Positions 1 to 9,464 of a stretch of DNA of 64,000 nucleotides are shown piece after piece. The notes below the pieces were generated by a model. The model was not told where the DNA came from. It made no database searches and saw nothing but the letters and a program-made list of their open reading frames with translations. Source of the stretch: Candidatus Azotimanducaceae bacterium (GTDB lineage: Bacteria; Pseudomonadota; Gammaproteobacteria; Pseudomonadales; Azotimanducaceae). The stretch is taken from contig OZ241354.1 of NCBI GenBank assembly GCA_965199945.1, forward strand, positions 996,638-1,060,637, in the 5' to 3' direction. A program made the position numbers and the translations under genes. Within the stretch, counting starts at the first letter, position 1. Each line of letters begins with the position of its first letter.

Positions 1-1816
1 GGCTGAAGCGTTGCAGTGTCAATTTGCCGAGCATGTGGGCGGGTTCGGCGTTCGCCCGCAGCGGCGGCGCGCGCAAGTCCTGCAGCTGCGCCGAAGCCCC
101 AAGACAAGCGGCGAGACCAAGCGCCGCGGCGACGCGCCACCGCCACGGCGCCTTCGCAGCCGCGCTGCGTCCGAAGGCCCACAGGGCGAACGCGAGCAGC
201 AATGCGGCCAGCAACGCGACGGCCATGGACGATGCGCCGAGCTGCCTGCCGACCACCCAGAACAGCCATAGCGCCGTGGCCAGCATTGGGAAGGCAAGCA
301 CCTGCCGGAACACCGCCATCCAGGGGCCCGGCTTCGGCAAGGCCGCGCCGAGGGAAGGAATCCACGTGAGCGCCAAGTAGGGCAGCGCAAGCCCCACGCC
401 TAGCGCCAGAAAGACGGCCATCGCCACCGCCGCCGGCTGCACCAGCGCGTAGCCCAGCGCGCCGGCCATGAACGGCGCCGTGCAGGGGGTGGCCACGACC
501 ACCGCAAGCAGGCCGGTGAGAAACGCGGCGCGTTTCTCGCCAGCGCCCTGTCCCGCGCCGCCCAGGCCCATCAGCCGCGTGCCGATCTCGAACACGCCAG
601 CCAGGTTCAGTCCGATGGCGACCATGCCGAGCCCGAGGCCCAGATTCACCCAAGGCGACTGAAGCTGAAAGCCCCAGCCGGCCGCGCTGCCCGCGGCCCG
701 CAGTGCCAGCAGCGCCACGGCGATTGCCGCAAAAGCCACGAGCACGCCGGCGGTGTAGAGAAGCCCGCTCGCGCGCACCGCCCGCCGTTCCGCCCCGGCA
801 AGCTGCACCAGGCCAAGCGCCTTCATGCTGAGGATCGGAAAGACGCACGGCATCAGGTTGAGCACGATGCCGCCAAGCAACCCGAAGACGATGGCCTGCA
901 GCATGTCCGCAACGGCGAAAGTCGTGGCGACGGGGACGGCCGGCGTCGTTGCCCCCGTTAGAGGCGGCAACGGCGCACTGGCTCTGGCGAGCGACAGCCC
1001 CACGCCGGAAGCGCTGCCGATGTCGGCGTCCGCTTCGCGGCCCCGCAAGACGGCAGAGACACCCGATGTCTGCTCCGCCCCGCCGCCGGCCGGCATGACG
1101 AAGCGCAACGTGTCGCCGGCGCGCTCGGCGCGCTGCTCGTCGTAGCGCACGAAGCGCTTGGCGGCGACGAAGAGATAGGGGTCGCGGACTTGGACGCCGG
1201 CCGGCAGCGACACGTCCACCACGACTTCGCCGTCCGCGACCTCGAAGCGCGCTGGCCAGCCCACGGCGCGCGGCAGCTTGTCGCGAGCCGCGGCGAACAG
1301 ATCGGCATTGGCGACTTCCGGTGCACCCTCCCCGACGGAGAGCGTCAGCGCCAGCTCGGCCTGCTCCGGCACGCACAGCTCGTCGTCGCAGACCACCCAG
1401 CTTGCCGTGCCGCCGAGCGTGTGATTGCTGCCGGGCGGCAGGCCGGCCGGCGCCCGGAGCGTCGCGAGCAGCAGGAAGTCGCCGTCGAATCCGTAGGTGT
1501 TGAACGCGCCGAATGGAATCAGCGTGGGGGTCGGGAAGGCGAGCGGCCCGGCCTCGAAGCCAGGCGGGAGCCGCCAGCGCATCGACGGTTCCTTGCCGGC
1601 GTCGCCCGGGTTGATCCAGTAGCCGTGCCAGCCGGCGTCCGGGCGCACGTGCAGCGCCAGTTCGACAGCGCCGCCAGCGGCCGGCAGATGCGCTTGTTCG
1701 GCGACCAGCCGGACCTCGGAGTGCAGAGCGCGAACCGGCTCGGCCATGCTCGGCTGCGGCACTGCCAGGAGCGCCAGGGCGAACAGCCCGGCCAATCGAT
1801 GCGCGATCATCGTCAT
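1..1816 (-). CDS. dsbD: DsbD-family thiol:disulfide interchange protein (N-terminal periplasmic domain plus cytochrome-c-biogenesis-type membrane core); 3' end runs off the window
   Basis: This minus-strand frame is open from the ATG at 1816 to the window edge, so it is absent from the ORF track. My translation reads MTMIAHRLAGLFALALLAVPQPSMA (signal peptide), then WVVCDDELCVPE, LNLMPCVFPILSMK and VVATPCTAPFMAGALGY. These are the two conserved membrane-core Cys motifs of DsbD/CcdA proteins. Confidence 0.8.
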   Translation of the reverse strand, partial: MTMIAHRLAGLFALALLAVPQPSMAEPVRALHSEVRLVAEQAHLPAAGGAVELALHVRPDAGWHGYWINPGDAGKEPSMRWRLPPGFEAGPLAFPTPTLIPFGAFNTYGFDGDFLLLATLRAPAGLPPGSNHTLGGTASWVVCDDELCVPEQAELALTLSVGEGAPEVANADLFAAARDKLPRAVGWPARFEVADGEVVVDVSLPAGVQVRDPYLFVAAKRFVRYDEQRAERAGDTLRFVMPAGGGAEQTSGVSAVLRGREADADIGSASGVGLSLARASAPLPPLTGATTPAVPVATTFAVADMLQAIVFGLLGGIVLNLMPCVFPILSMKALGLVQLAGAERRAVRASGLLYTAGVLVAFAAIAVALLALRAAGSAAGWGFQLQSPWVNLGLGLGMVAIGLNLAGVFEIGTRLMGLGGAGQGAGEKRAAFLTGLLAVVVATPCTAPFMAGALGYALVQPAAVAMAVFLALGVGLALPYLALTWIPSLGAALPKPGPWMAVFRQVLAFPMLATALWLFWVVGRQLGASSMAVALLAALLLAFALWAFGRSAAAKAPWRWRVAAALGLAACLGASAQLQDLRAPPLRANAEPAHMLGKLTLQRFS

Positions 1817-1940
1817 GCAGTACCTCTGGTTCGCAAGCCGCACGGCATTCGCCACCGGCAGCGTGTTTCGCCGCCTAGGCTTTGACCGATTGTAGAACCG
1901 CTTGTTTACAATCGCCCGCCAGCCGACTCGCAGGCCCATC

Positions 1941-2945
1941 ATGCACACCAAACGCCCGACCGTCGCCGCGGCGGAGGAAATCCTCGGCGGCTATTTCCCG
2001 GTGCTCGACCACGGCTTCGTGGCGCTGGTGGACTACATGGGCACGGATCAGGACATCGAGCGCGCGGCGCGGGTGAGCTACGGCGCCGGCACGCGCCGCA
2101 TGAGCCACACGCGAGGGCTGGTGCGCTATCTGCAGCGCCACGCGCACACGACGCCGAGCGAAATGGTGGAACTGAAGTTCCATTGCGCGATGCCGATTTT
2201 CGTGGCGCGGCAGTGGATCCGCCACCGCACCGCCTCGGTGAACGAGCTGAGCGCCCGCTACAGCCTGCTGCCGCTCCTGTTCTACACGCCGCCGGCGGCC
2301 AATTTCGCCCATCAGAGCAGCGTCAACAACCAGGGCCGCCAAGACCGGCCGGCGGCGGCCGATCTCTACGCCACCGCCGTGACGCGCTGGGAGCGGCTGC
2401 GCGCGGACTCCGCCGACGCCTACGGCTGGCTGCTCGGCGAGGACGTGGCGCGGGAGCTGGCGCGCATCGACCTGCCGCTCTCCACCTACACGCAGTGGTA
2501 CTGGAAGATCGACCTCCACAACCTGCTGCACTTCCTGCGGCTGCGCGTCGATGCCCATGCGCAGTGGGAGATCCGCGAGTACGGGCGCGTGATGGCGGGG
2601 ATGCTGCAGCGCGTCGCGCCGCTGGCCTTCGAGGCATGGCTCGACTACGACGTGCTCGGCGCCCGGCTCAGCGCCGGCGAGCGCCGAGCCATCGCCGCAC
2701 TGCTCCACGCCGACGGCGACACTCTCGCGGTGCGCGACGGGGCGTCTTCCTTGAGCGCCGCGCAACTGCGCGATTTCGGCCTGGCGCCGCGCGAAGCGCG
2801 CGAGCTGCTCGCCAAGGTGGCGGCCCCGCAGCGCCCGGATTTCAGCCTGGACTTGGCGGCCATGCGCAGCGCCGAGGAGATGGAATCGAAGATGCGCGCC
2901 GCGGTGCCGTCGGCGGAAGTGCCGCATCGGCCGGCTGTTCCTTGA
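1941..2945 (+). CDS. thyX: Flavin-dependent thymidylate synthase ThyX
   Basis: Within ORF 1902..2945. The ThyX signature RHRTASVNELSARY (RHRxxSxxxxSxRY) is present, as is N-terminal VLDHGFVALVDYMGTDQDIERAARVSYG. ATG at 1941 chosen as start. Confidence 0.93.
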   Translation: MHTKRPTVAAAEEILGGYFPVLDHGFVALVDYMGTDQDIERAARVSYGAGTRRMSHTRGLVRYLQRHAHTTPSEMVELKFHCAMPIFVARQWIRHRTASVNELSARYSLLPLLFYTPPAANFAHQSSVNNQGRQDRPAAADLYATAVTRWERLRADSADAYGWLLGEDVARELARIDLPLSTYTQWYWKIDLHNLLHFLRLRVDAHAQWEIREYGRVMAGMLQRVAPLAFEAWLDYDVLGARLSAGERRAIAALLHADGDTLAVRDGASSLSAAQLRDFGLAPREARELLAKVAAPQRPDFSLDLAAMRSAEEMESKMRAAVPSAEVPHRPAVP

Positions 2946-3566
2946 GTGCCGGAGCCGCGCCGGATGTTCTCGAATCCCGAAGTGCCGCTGGCGTCCCTGC
3001 CGCGCGCAGCCGATCTCGAGTGGCACGCCCTGCATCCGCGCTTCATCGCGCGCATTCTGTCCCAGCGCATCCTCGTCCTGAGCGTCGCCGCCTTGACGCT
3101 TGGCGTGGCCACCATCGTCGTGTTCGCCAAGCAGGTCTGGGAAGGCCACGCCACGCCCATGGCGAGCGTCGTCTGGGGATTGGGCGTCTGTTTCGCCGCG
3201 TGGCGCCTGATCTGGCCGGTGTTCGAGGTGCCTCGGCGCGGCTATGCGCTGCGCGAGAAGGACATCGCGTTCAAGAGCGGCCTGCTTTGGCGCTCGGTGA
3301 CCGTCGTGCCCTTCAACCGCGTGCAGCACGCCGCCACCGGCAGCGGCATGTTGGACCGCAACTTCGGCCTCGCCACCCTCACCGTGTTCACCGCCGGCGG
3401 CAGCGGCGGCGACCTGCACATCGCCGGCTTGGGCGCCGATCGCGCCGAGCGCTTGCGCGCCTATGTCGTGGCCAAGGTCGGTGGCACTGCGGACCCGCCC
3501 GAATCCCCCGACCATGCGCTGCCGCCGGTCGCCGACGAAGGAGCGGACGCGCTTGGCGGCAATTGA
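2946..3566 (+). CDS. Membrane PH-domain protein (bPH_2 / YdbS-like)
   Basis: ORF 2946..3566. Two predicted TM helices are followed by YALREKDIAFKSGLLWRSVTVVPFNRVQHAATGSGMLDRNFGLATLTVFTAGG, typical of DUF304/bPH_2. GTG start at 2946 directly abuts the thyX stop; alternative ATG at 2964. Confidence 0.7.
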   Translation: MPEPRRMFSNPEVPLASLPRAADLEWHALHPRFIARILSQRILVLSVAALTLGVATIVVFAKQVWEGHATPMASVVWGLGVCFAAWRLIWPVFEVPRRGYALREKDIAFKSGLLWRSVTVVPFNRVQHAATGSGMLDRNFGLATLTVFTAGGSGGDLHIAGLGADRAERLRAYVVAKVGGTADPPESPDHALPPVADEGADALGGN

Positions 3567-5100
3567 GTTCGACGCCGAATGGCAGCGCAGTTCGCCCTTC
3601 GGCGCGGTGTTCTTCTTCGAGCGCGCCGTCAAGGGCCTGGTGGGCAACCTGCCCCAACTGGGCGGCACGGTGGCGCTGCTCGTCACGCTCTGGCGGGAGT
3701 CGCCGTGGCTCGCGCTGCTCGGCTTCGTTGGACTGCTGGCGCTGTGCGCGGCGGTGGGGCTGCTCCGCTACTGGCACTTCCGCTTCCGCCAGGACGAGCG
3801 CGGCGTGCGCATCCGTCAAGGCATCTTCAAGAAGGAACATCTGGACGTGGAGTACGACCGCATCCAGGGCATCAACGTGGAGCAGTCGCTGATCTTCCGC
3901 TTGCTCGGCCTGGTGACGGTGCGCTTCGACACCGCCGGTTCGACCAAGCAGGAAGGCCATCTGCCGGCCGTGACCCGGGAGTTCGCGGAGGCATTGCGTG
4001 GCCGCGTCGAGAACCGCGCGCGGGACGATGGCCACGCAGCCGCAGCCGACGCTTCGGCTGCGGCGGGCACTCCGGCGGCAAGGGGAGGGCGTGTGCTGCT
4101 CGCCTTGGGAAACGCCGACATGCTGCGCATCGCGGTGACGGATCCCAGCGTGCTGGTGGCGTTGGTGGCGGTTCCCGCACTGCTGCCGCCATACGGCGAC
4201 GCCCTCAAGGACTTGGCCGAAGCCGCCATGGCGCAGGCAGCGGACTACCAGAATCTAGGCGCGGCGTTGCTTGCGGCGGTGCTGCTTGGAGTCGCGCTTG
4301 CTGGCCTCTCGATCCTCCTGCTGTTGGCCGTGTGCTCCACGTTCCTGCGCTTCCACGGCTACCAACTTCGTCTGGAAGAGAACACGTTGCGTTCTCGGGG
4401 CGGCTTGATGACGCGCAAGGAAGTCGTCGTGGCAGCGGCGAAGATCCAGCAAGTGACCGTCGTCCAAGGGCCGGTGCTGCGCCTGCTGGGCCGCTTCCGA
4501 ATGCGCGCCCTGCCGGCCGGCAGCGGTCTTCCCACCTACGACATGGATGGCACGGCCAGCACGCAGAGGCTGCAAGTGCCGCTGCTGCTGCCGTCCTTGG
4601 CGCAGGAGCTGCGCAAACCCATCTTCGGCGACGAAGGCGCTGGCTTGAGCCTGCTGCCGACCGGCACCCGCTTCACGGCCATCTCGCCGCACTACATTCG
4701 GGCCCGCACCCTTGCCTTCGGCGTTGCGCCGGCCTTGGTGGGGACCGCCGCGGCTGCGCCGATTCTCGGCGCCGGCGCACTCGCGTTTCTCGCTTGGGCG
4801 CCGCTCGTCGCGCTGCTTGCCTGGCAGTCGTGGCGGCACTACGGCTACATGCACGACGATCACGGCCTCGCCAGCCGCTGGGGATTTCTCGGCAGGAAGG
4901 TGAGCGTGTGCCTGTTCCGCAAGGTGCAGGCCGTCACGCTGGTGCGCTCCCCGATGCAGCGCCGCAAAGGACTCGCGACGTTGCACGTCCACCTTGCATC
5001 GGGCGCCCTCTTGGTGCCCTTCATCGACTACCAGCGCGCCTGCGATCTGCGCGACTACATGCTCTACAAGGCCGAATCCAGCCGCCTGCCTTGGCACTGA
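3553..5100 (+). CDS. Membrane protein with repeated bPH_2 domains (YdbT-like)
   Basis: ORF 3463..5100. It has repeated units of the type RIQGINVEQSLIFRLLGLVTVRFDTAGS, KIQQVTVVQGPVLRLLGRFRMRA and KVQAVTLVRSPMQRRKGLATLHVHLASG, and pairs with the upstream YdbS-like gene. Start uncertain: TTG 3553, ATG 3514 or 3463. Confidence 0.7.
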   Translation: MAAIEFDAEWQRSSPFGAVFFFERAVKGLVGNLPQLGGTVALLVTLWRESPWLALLGFVGLLALCAAVGLLRYWHFRFRQDERGVRIRQGIFKKEHLDVEYDRIQGINVEQSLIFRLLGLVTVRFDTAGSTKQEGHLPAVTREFAEALRGRVENRARDDGHAAAADASAAAGTPAARGGRVLLALGNADMLRIAVTDPSVLVALVAVPALLPPYGDALKDLAEAAMAQAADYQNLGAALLAAVLLGVALAGLSILLLLAVCSTFLRFHGYQLRLEENTLRSRGGLMTRKEVVVAAAKIQQVTVVQGPVLRLLGRFRMRALPAGSGLPTYDMDGTASTQRLQVPLLLPSLAQELRKPIFGDEGAGLSLLPTGTRFTAISPHYIRARTLAFGVAPALVGTAAAAPILGAGALAFLAWAPLVALLAWQSWRHYGYMHDDHGLASRWGFLGRKVSVCLFRKVQAVTLVRSPMQRRKGLATLHVHLASGALLVPFIDYQRACDLRDYMLYKAESSRLPWH

Positions 5101-5119
5101 AGGTGCGGACGAAAAAGTG

Positions 5120-5167
5120 CCCCGGCGACAAGGGGGATGGGGGAGGGAGGGGATGTCGTCGCCGGGG
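5120..5167 (+). terminator. Candidate stem-loop downstream of the ydbT-like gene, with a G-tract-rich loop
   Basis: CCCCGGCGAC (5120-5129) pairs with GTCGCCGGGG (5158-5167). The loop contains GGGGGATGGGGGAGGGAGGGG. No U-tail follows, so terminator function is uncertain. Confidence 0.3.
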
Positions 5168-5402
5168 CGTATATCGGGATGGATGCCTTGCTGCGCCTGT
5201 GGGTCGTCCGCTTGCTTCAAGCCGCCGCTACGTTTTTCGGAAACACTCTAAACGGCACATCCTGGCCGCAGCCTAAGGCGCATGTCTGAAATCCTGTGCT
5301 CCATTGACCATTTGTTGCTTGGGACAACGCCGAGCAAGCGAAAGTTCAGCCATTGCGATGGAGATGCGATGGAGGCAGGATGGAAGCAGGGTGGAAGAGA
5401 CC

Positions 5403-6434
5403 ATGACATCAACAAGCAAGCCCACGGTGCCGCACCCGTTCCCCTACCAGGGGAGCAAGCGCGCGATCTGCGACCGCATCCTGTCGCACGTTCCCGCCGG
5501 CGCTGGCCTTCTGGTGGAGCCGTTCTGCGGCTCGGCTGCGGTCTCGCTCGCCGTCGCAGCGCACGGGCGCGCCGAGCGATTCTGGCTGAACGACGCCAAC
5601 GCGCCGCTCATCGCGCTGTGGCGGGAGATTCTCGAACGTCCCATGCAGCTGGCCGACCGCTACGAAAAACTGTGGCGCGAGCAGCTGGCCGACAAGAAGG
5701 CATTCTTCTTCCAAGTGCGGCGCGAGTTCAACGAGACCCATGCCCCCGACCTGCTGCTCTACCTGCTGGCGCGGATCGTCAAGGGGTCGGTGCGCTACAG
5801 CGCCGATGGGCGGTTCAATCAGAGCGCCGACAACCGGCGCTGGGGCATGCGGCCCAAGGCCATGCGCATGCAGCTGCTCGGCGTCTCCGCGGCGTTGGCT
5901 GGGCGCACCAGGACCACCGCCGAGGACTTCCGCAGCGTCGTTGCGGAAACGACGGCCGACGACGTGGTCTACATGGACCCGCCCTACCAAGGCACTTCGG
6001 GCGAAAGGGATCCCCGCTACTACGCCAGCCTTCGCTTCGCCGAATTCGTGGACGCACTCGGCGAGATGAACAAGACAGGCAAGTCCTACATCGTCAGCTA
6101 CGACGGCAAGACGGGCGACAAGCAGCACGGCGAGCCCCTTCCAGCGCGCTTGAACTTGCGCCATCTGCACGTTCGGGCCGGCCGGTCCAGCCAGTCGACG
6201 CTGCTCGGACGCGATTGCGAGACCGTGGAATCCCTGTACCTGTCGCCAGCGCTGGTCGAACGGCTGGACGCGAATCGCAATCTTGAAACGACGCAGAGCG
6301 CGGAGCGGCAGGCGATGTCGAGCTATTGGGTTCCCGCGACTAGCCGCCGCTGCAAATCCACAGGCAGGGCGTGGCGCGGTTCGGCTGCCGGTTGGCCGGC
6401 GGCGGGTAGTTCGAGGAAGGTGATGCTCTCGTAG
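5403..6434 (+). CDS. DNA adenine methyltransferase (Dam / D12-class N6-adenine MTase)
   Basis: Within ORF 5304..6434. Motifs present: PFPYQGSKR, EPFCGSAAV (FxGxG SAM site) and VYMDPPYQG (DPPY catalytic motif). Start set at ATG 5403. The last roughly 50 codons overlap the convergent NYN gene and look non-native, so the 3' end is uncertain. Confidence 0.8.
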   Translation: MTSTSKPTVPHPFPYQGSKRAICDRILSHVPAGAGLLVEPFCGSAAVSLAVAAHGRAERFWLNDANAPLIALWREILERPMQLADRYEKLWREQLADKKAFFFQVRREFNETHAPDLLLYLLARIVKGSVRYSADGRFNQSADNRRWGMRPKAMRMQLLGVSAALAGRTRTTAEDFRSVVAETTADDVVYMDPPYQGTSGERDPRYYASLRFAEFVDALGEMNKTGKSYIVSYDGKTGDKQHGEPLPARLNLRHLHVRAGRSSQSTLLGRDCETVESLYLSPALVERLDANRNLETTQSAERQAMSSYWVPATSRRCKSTGRAWRGSAAGWPAAGSSRKVMLS

Positions 6435-6953
6435 AAGTCGTCCAACGTGACGAACGTGCCATTCGCCTCTGCCCACTCGCGCATCCGGCGGTTGCAGCTG
6501 TGCCGCCACGACAGCACCTCGATGCGCCAACCGCGCCTGCGCATTCGCTCCAAGTCGGCGTGGAAGCCAACGCCGTCGTCGAATCCGGCGCCGTCGCCGG
6601 TGAGCATGACGGCGATTCCGGGGTTGCCGTTGTAGTCGAATCCGTCGCGGAGCATTGCCGTTTGCAGGGCTTGGTCGACGCCTTGCTCGCGACCATGCAG
6701 CGAGCCGCGTTCCAACAGCTGGACAGTGACGCCTTCGTTCTCCCAAGCGATTCCATACGTGGCGGAGTTCCGGCGGCACGGAGCCCACGGCGGTCGCGTG
6801 CTCGATGGAGCGTTCTGCCCGTGCGAGCTCGAGCAGGTGACCGAAGTGGATGCGCACGCGCGAGCGGGCGCCTTGGCCTTCCCGCTCCATGGCGACGTAC
6901 TGCGCGCCGATGAAGACGTTGGAGTTGTCCCAATAGATGAATACGCTGTCCAT
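6323..6953 (-). pseudogene. NYN-domain (LabA-like) ribonuclease gene split by a 1-nt frameshift
   Basis: The N-terminal half (MDSVFIYWDNSNVFIGAQYV...VPPELRHVWNRL) lies in the frame of ORF 5409..7010. The C-terminal half (ENEGVTVQLLERG...GIAVMLTGDGAGFDDGVGFHADLERMRRRGWRIEVLSW) lies in the frame of ORF 6323..7000. Removing one C from the CCC run at 6742-6744 restores ...WNRLENEGVTV.... Confidence 0.75.
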
Positions 6954-7110
6954 GATGTCTTCTCGGAAGGGCGGCCTGCGGCGCTCGCGGCTAGATCCAC
7001 AAATCGTCAATGCCCTACCGTATTGGCGGCCCGCACCACCGTCAACGACCGTGCCGGCCGTTCAAGAGCCGCCGGTTGCGCCCGCAACCCAACCCGCCTA
7101 CGCTTGCCGC

Positions 7111-7719
7111 ATGACCAAAGTCAAGAACGAGAGCCTTCATGCCGCGCTGGGCGAAGGCGATCTTCGGGCGCGGTGCGTTGCGCTGCGGGAGGCGTGTCCC
7201 TGTCGCAACGGTGGCACGCGGGAGGATCTTGCGCTGTGGCGCGAGGTCTTCGAGCGGGCGTCGAAGGGTGGCCGGCGCGAGCGTCGGGCGGCGGCCCATG
7301 CCATTGGCACGCTCACCGAGAAGGCGAAGACGAGCGACGAGTGGCGCGGCCTGCTGCACGATCTGCGCGACGATCTGGACGCACTGCTGCGCGACCCGCG
7401 GGCGTCGCAGCAGGTGCTCGGCACGATGAAGCGGCATGGCCACGCCCATCGGGGCGCGGCGCGCAAGAACTACCGCCGCCGGCGCAAGGCGCTGGACTTG
7501 GCCACGCCCGAAGAACTGGCGGCTTGGGTGAACCGCCGCTGGCAGCTCTCCAAGAGCCAAGCGCTCACCGCCCAGGACGCGGGCGTGCGCCGCCTTTTCC
7601 AGTGGCTGCGCCACCGCGTGGACTTCCAGCCCGAGCGCGCCACCAAGGAGAGCGAACTGGCCAAGCGCGCCACGCGCTATCTGCCAATGCTCCTCGGCTG
7701 CGAACGGCAGGCGGCCTGA
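7111..7719 (+). CDS. Hypothetical protein (202 aa, helical, Arg-rich)
   Basis: Within ORF 6937..7719. ATG 7111 (MTKVKNESL...) chosen because upstream codons overlap the NYN gene start region. No motif recognised. Confidence 0.45.
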   Translation: MTKVKNESLHAALGEGDLRARCVALREACPCRNGGTREDLALWREVFERASKGGRRERRAAAHAIGTLTEKAKTSDEWRGLLHDLRDDLDALLRDPRASQQVLGTMKRHGHAHRGAARKNYRRRRKALDLATPEELAAWVNRRWQLSKSQALTAQDAGVRRLFQWLRHRVDFQPERATKESELAKRATRYLPMLLGCERQAA

Positions 7720-7875
7720 GGGCGATTGCGCCGAATCTTCGAGAGGATCGGCAGTCGAGCCGCCGGGCGCGGCGCTCGCGCCGGCCCTGCCCAACGCCCA
7801 GCCACCCCGTCGCAAAGCACCGTGAAAGCGGCGACCGTAGGCGCTTGAAAACCGCCCCTTCCCTCCGCATCCGGC

Positions 7876-7881
7876 TATAAT
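7876..7881 (+). promoter_or_regulatory. Perfect TATAAT hexamer 30 nt upstream of the GAPDH start (candidate -10)
   Basis: Sequence is ggcTATAATccgcc. No good -35 element at 17-bp spacing. Confidence 0.25.
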
Positions 7882-7910
7882 CCGCCGCACACGCCGCCCG
7901 AGGTCTCGCC

Positions 7911-9410
7911 GTGGCACTGCCCAACCTAGAGGACTACTTCCCAGACTGGAAGGAGCGCGAAGCGCTTGCGGAGGCGATGATTCCCATCATCGGGCGCCTC
8001 TACCGCAAGAATGTCGTCGTCTACTGCTACGGGCGGGCGCTCTACAACAAGAGCGTCACGGACATCATGAAGGCGCACCGCTTCGTGCGCCAAGTGGCGC
8101 AGAACGAGCTTTCGGAGTTCGAGAGCTACCCCATCCTGGAGGCCATGGCGCAGCTGGACATCGGCACCTCCCACGTCGACGTCGGCCTCTTGGCGGTGGA
8201 CTACATGGAGCGCACCGCCAAGGGCGAGTCGCTCACGCCGCTCGAATACACGCGCCAAGCCTGCGCGCAGGTCATCGGCCGCCACGCGCAGCCGCTGGCC
8301 AAGCCGCGCGACGTGGTGCTGTTCGGCTTCGGGCGCATCGGGCGGCTGCTGGCGCGGTTGCTGATCGAGAAGACCGGCAGCGGCGATCAGCTGCGCCTGC
8401 GCGCCATCGTGCTGCGCCCCGGGCGGCCGGACGACCTCGCCAAGCGCGCCGCCCTGCTGCGCCGCGATTCCGTTCACGGCTCCTTCCGGGGAACCATCCG
8501 CGTGGACGAACAGAACCAGTGCCTCATCGCCAACGGCAACGTCGTGCGCGTCATCTACGCCGACGACCGCGCCAGCATCGACTACACGAGCTACGGCATC
8601 GACGATGCGCTGCTGATCGACAACTCCGGGCGCTGGCGCGACCGCGCCGGCTTGGGCGCGCACTTGCAGTCCAAGGGCATCTCCCGGGTGCTGCTCACCG
8701 CCCCCGGCAAGGCCGGCGTGCGCAACATCGTCTCCGGCGTGAACTCGCATCTGGTGCAGGACGAAGACGGCGTGCTCGCCTGCGGCTCCTGCACCACCAA
8801 CGCCATCGTGCCGGTGCTGAAGGCGGTGCACGACCGCTGGGGCATCGCCCACGGCCACATGGAGACGATCCACGCCTACACGCCGGATCAGAACCTGCAC
8901 GACAACTACCACAAGAGCGACCGGCGAGGCCGCAGCGCGCCGCTCAACATGGTCATCACCGAGACGGGCGCGTCGAAGGCCGTCACCGAGCTGCTGCCGG
9001 AACTCGAAGGCAGGCTCACCGGCAATGCCATCCGCGTGCCCACGCCGGACGTCTCCCTCGCCGTGCTGAACCTGGCGCTGATGCGCGAGGCAAGCTGCGA
9101 CGAAGTGAACGCCTACCTGCGCGACACGGCGCTGTATTCGTCCTTGCAGCGGCAGATCGACTACACCTCGTCGCGGGAGCGCGTCTCCAGCGACTTCATC
9201 GGCAATCGCCACGCCTGCGCCATCGACGGCGGCGCCACCTTGGCCGCTGGCAACCGCGTGGTGCTCTACGCCTGGTACGACAACGAGTTCGGCTACGCCT
9301 GCCAAGTGGTGCGCGTGGCGCAGAAGTGGGCCGGCATTCGCTATCCGCTGATTCCCGGCGACGTGGCGCGCACCGGATTCGACGAGCTGCGCACGGCCGC
9401 CGCCGGCTGA
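7911..9410 (+). CDS. gap: Glyceraldehyde-3-phosphate dehydrogenase, long form with N-terminal extension
   Basis: ORF 7911..9410. Catalytic GSCTTNAIVP, Rossmann VVLFGFGRIGR, and an N-terminal REALAEAMIPIIGRLYRKNVV extension as in the roughly 480-aa pseudomonad-type GAPDH. Confidence 0.9.
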   Translation: MALPNLEDYFPDWKEREALAEAMIPIIGRLYRKNVVVYCYGRALYNKSVTDIMKAHRFVRQVAQNELSEFESYPILEAMAQLDIGTSHVDVGLLAVDYMERTAKGESLTPLEYTRQACAQVIGRHAQPLAKPRDVVLFGFGRIGRLLARLLIEKTGSGDQLRLRAIVLRPGRPDDLAKRAALLRRDSVHGSFRGTIRVDEQNQCLIANGNVVRVIYADDRASIDYTSYGIDDALLIDNSGRWRDRAGLGAHLQSKGISRVLLTAPGKAGVRNIVSGVNSHLVQDEDGVLACGSCTTNAIVPVLKAVHDRWGIAHGHMETIHAYTPDQNLHDNYHKSDRRGRSAPLNMVITETGASKAVTELLPELEGRLTGNAIRVPTPDVSLAVLNLALMREASCDEVNAYLRDTALYSSLQRQIDYTSSRERVSSDFIGNRHACAIDGGATLAAGNRVVLYAWYDNEFGYACQVVRVAQKWAGIRYPLIPGDVARTGFDELRTAAAG

Positions 9411-9464
9411 ACGCGCCCGGCGTGGTTCCTGCCGCTGGGCGAGCCGCGAGGTAGGAGACGCATC

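Noticed and set aside
1875-3686. Long ORFs opposite or overlapping clear genes (1875..3686 minus, 2183..3892 plus, 9961..12294 minus, 22103..24673 plus, 26749..30240 minus, 54991..58734 minus, 59936..61888 minus, 15567..17117 minus, 15728..17866 plus)
   Set aside because: These are GC-bias artefacts with no motifs. Each overlaps a gene with strong family signatures: thyX, uvrC, the PQQ dehydrogenase, tsf, the NuoF-like gene, the CoA-transferase, the acylase and the kinase-sulfotransferase.
5409-7010. 533-aa minus-strand ORF
   Set aside because: Only its first roughly 70 codons after Met-20 (MDSVFIYWDN...) are real NYN sequence. The remainder is out-of-frame read-through after the frameshift and is antisense to the Dam gene.
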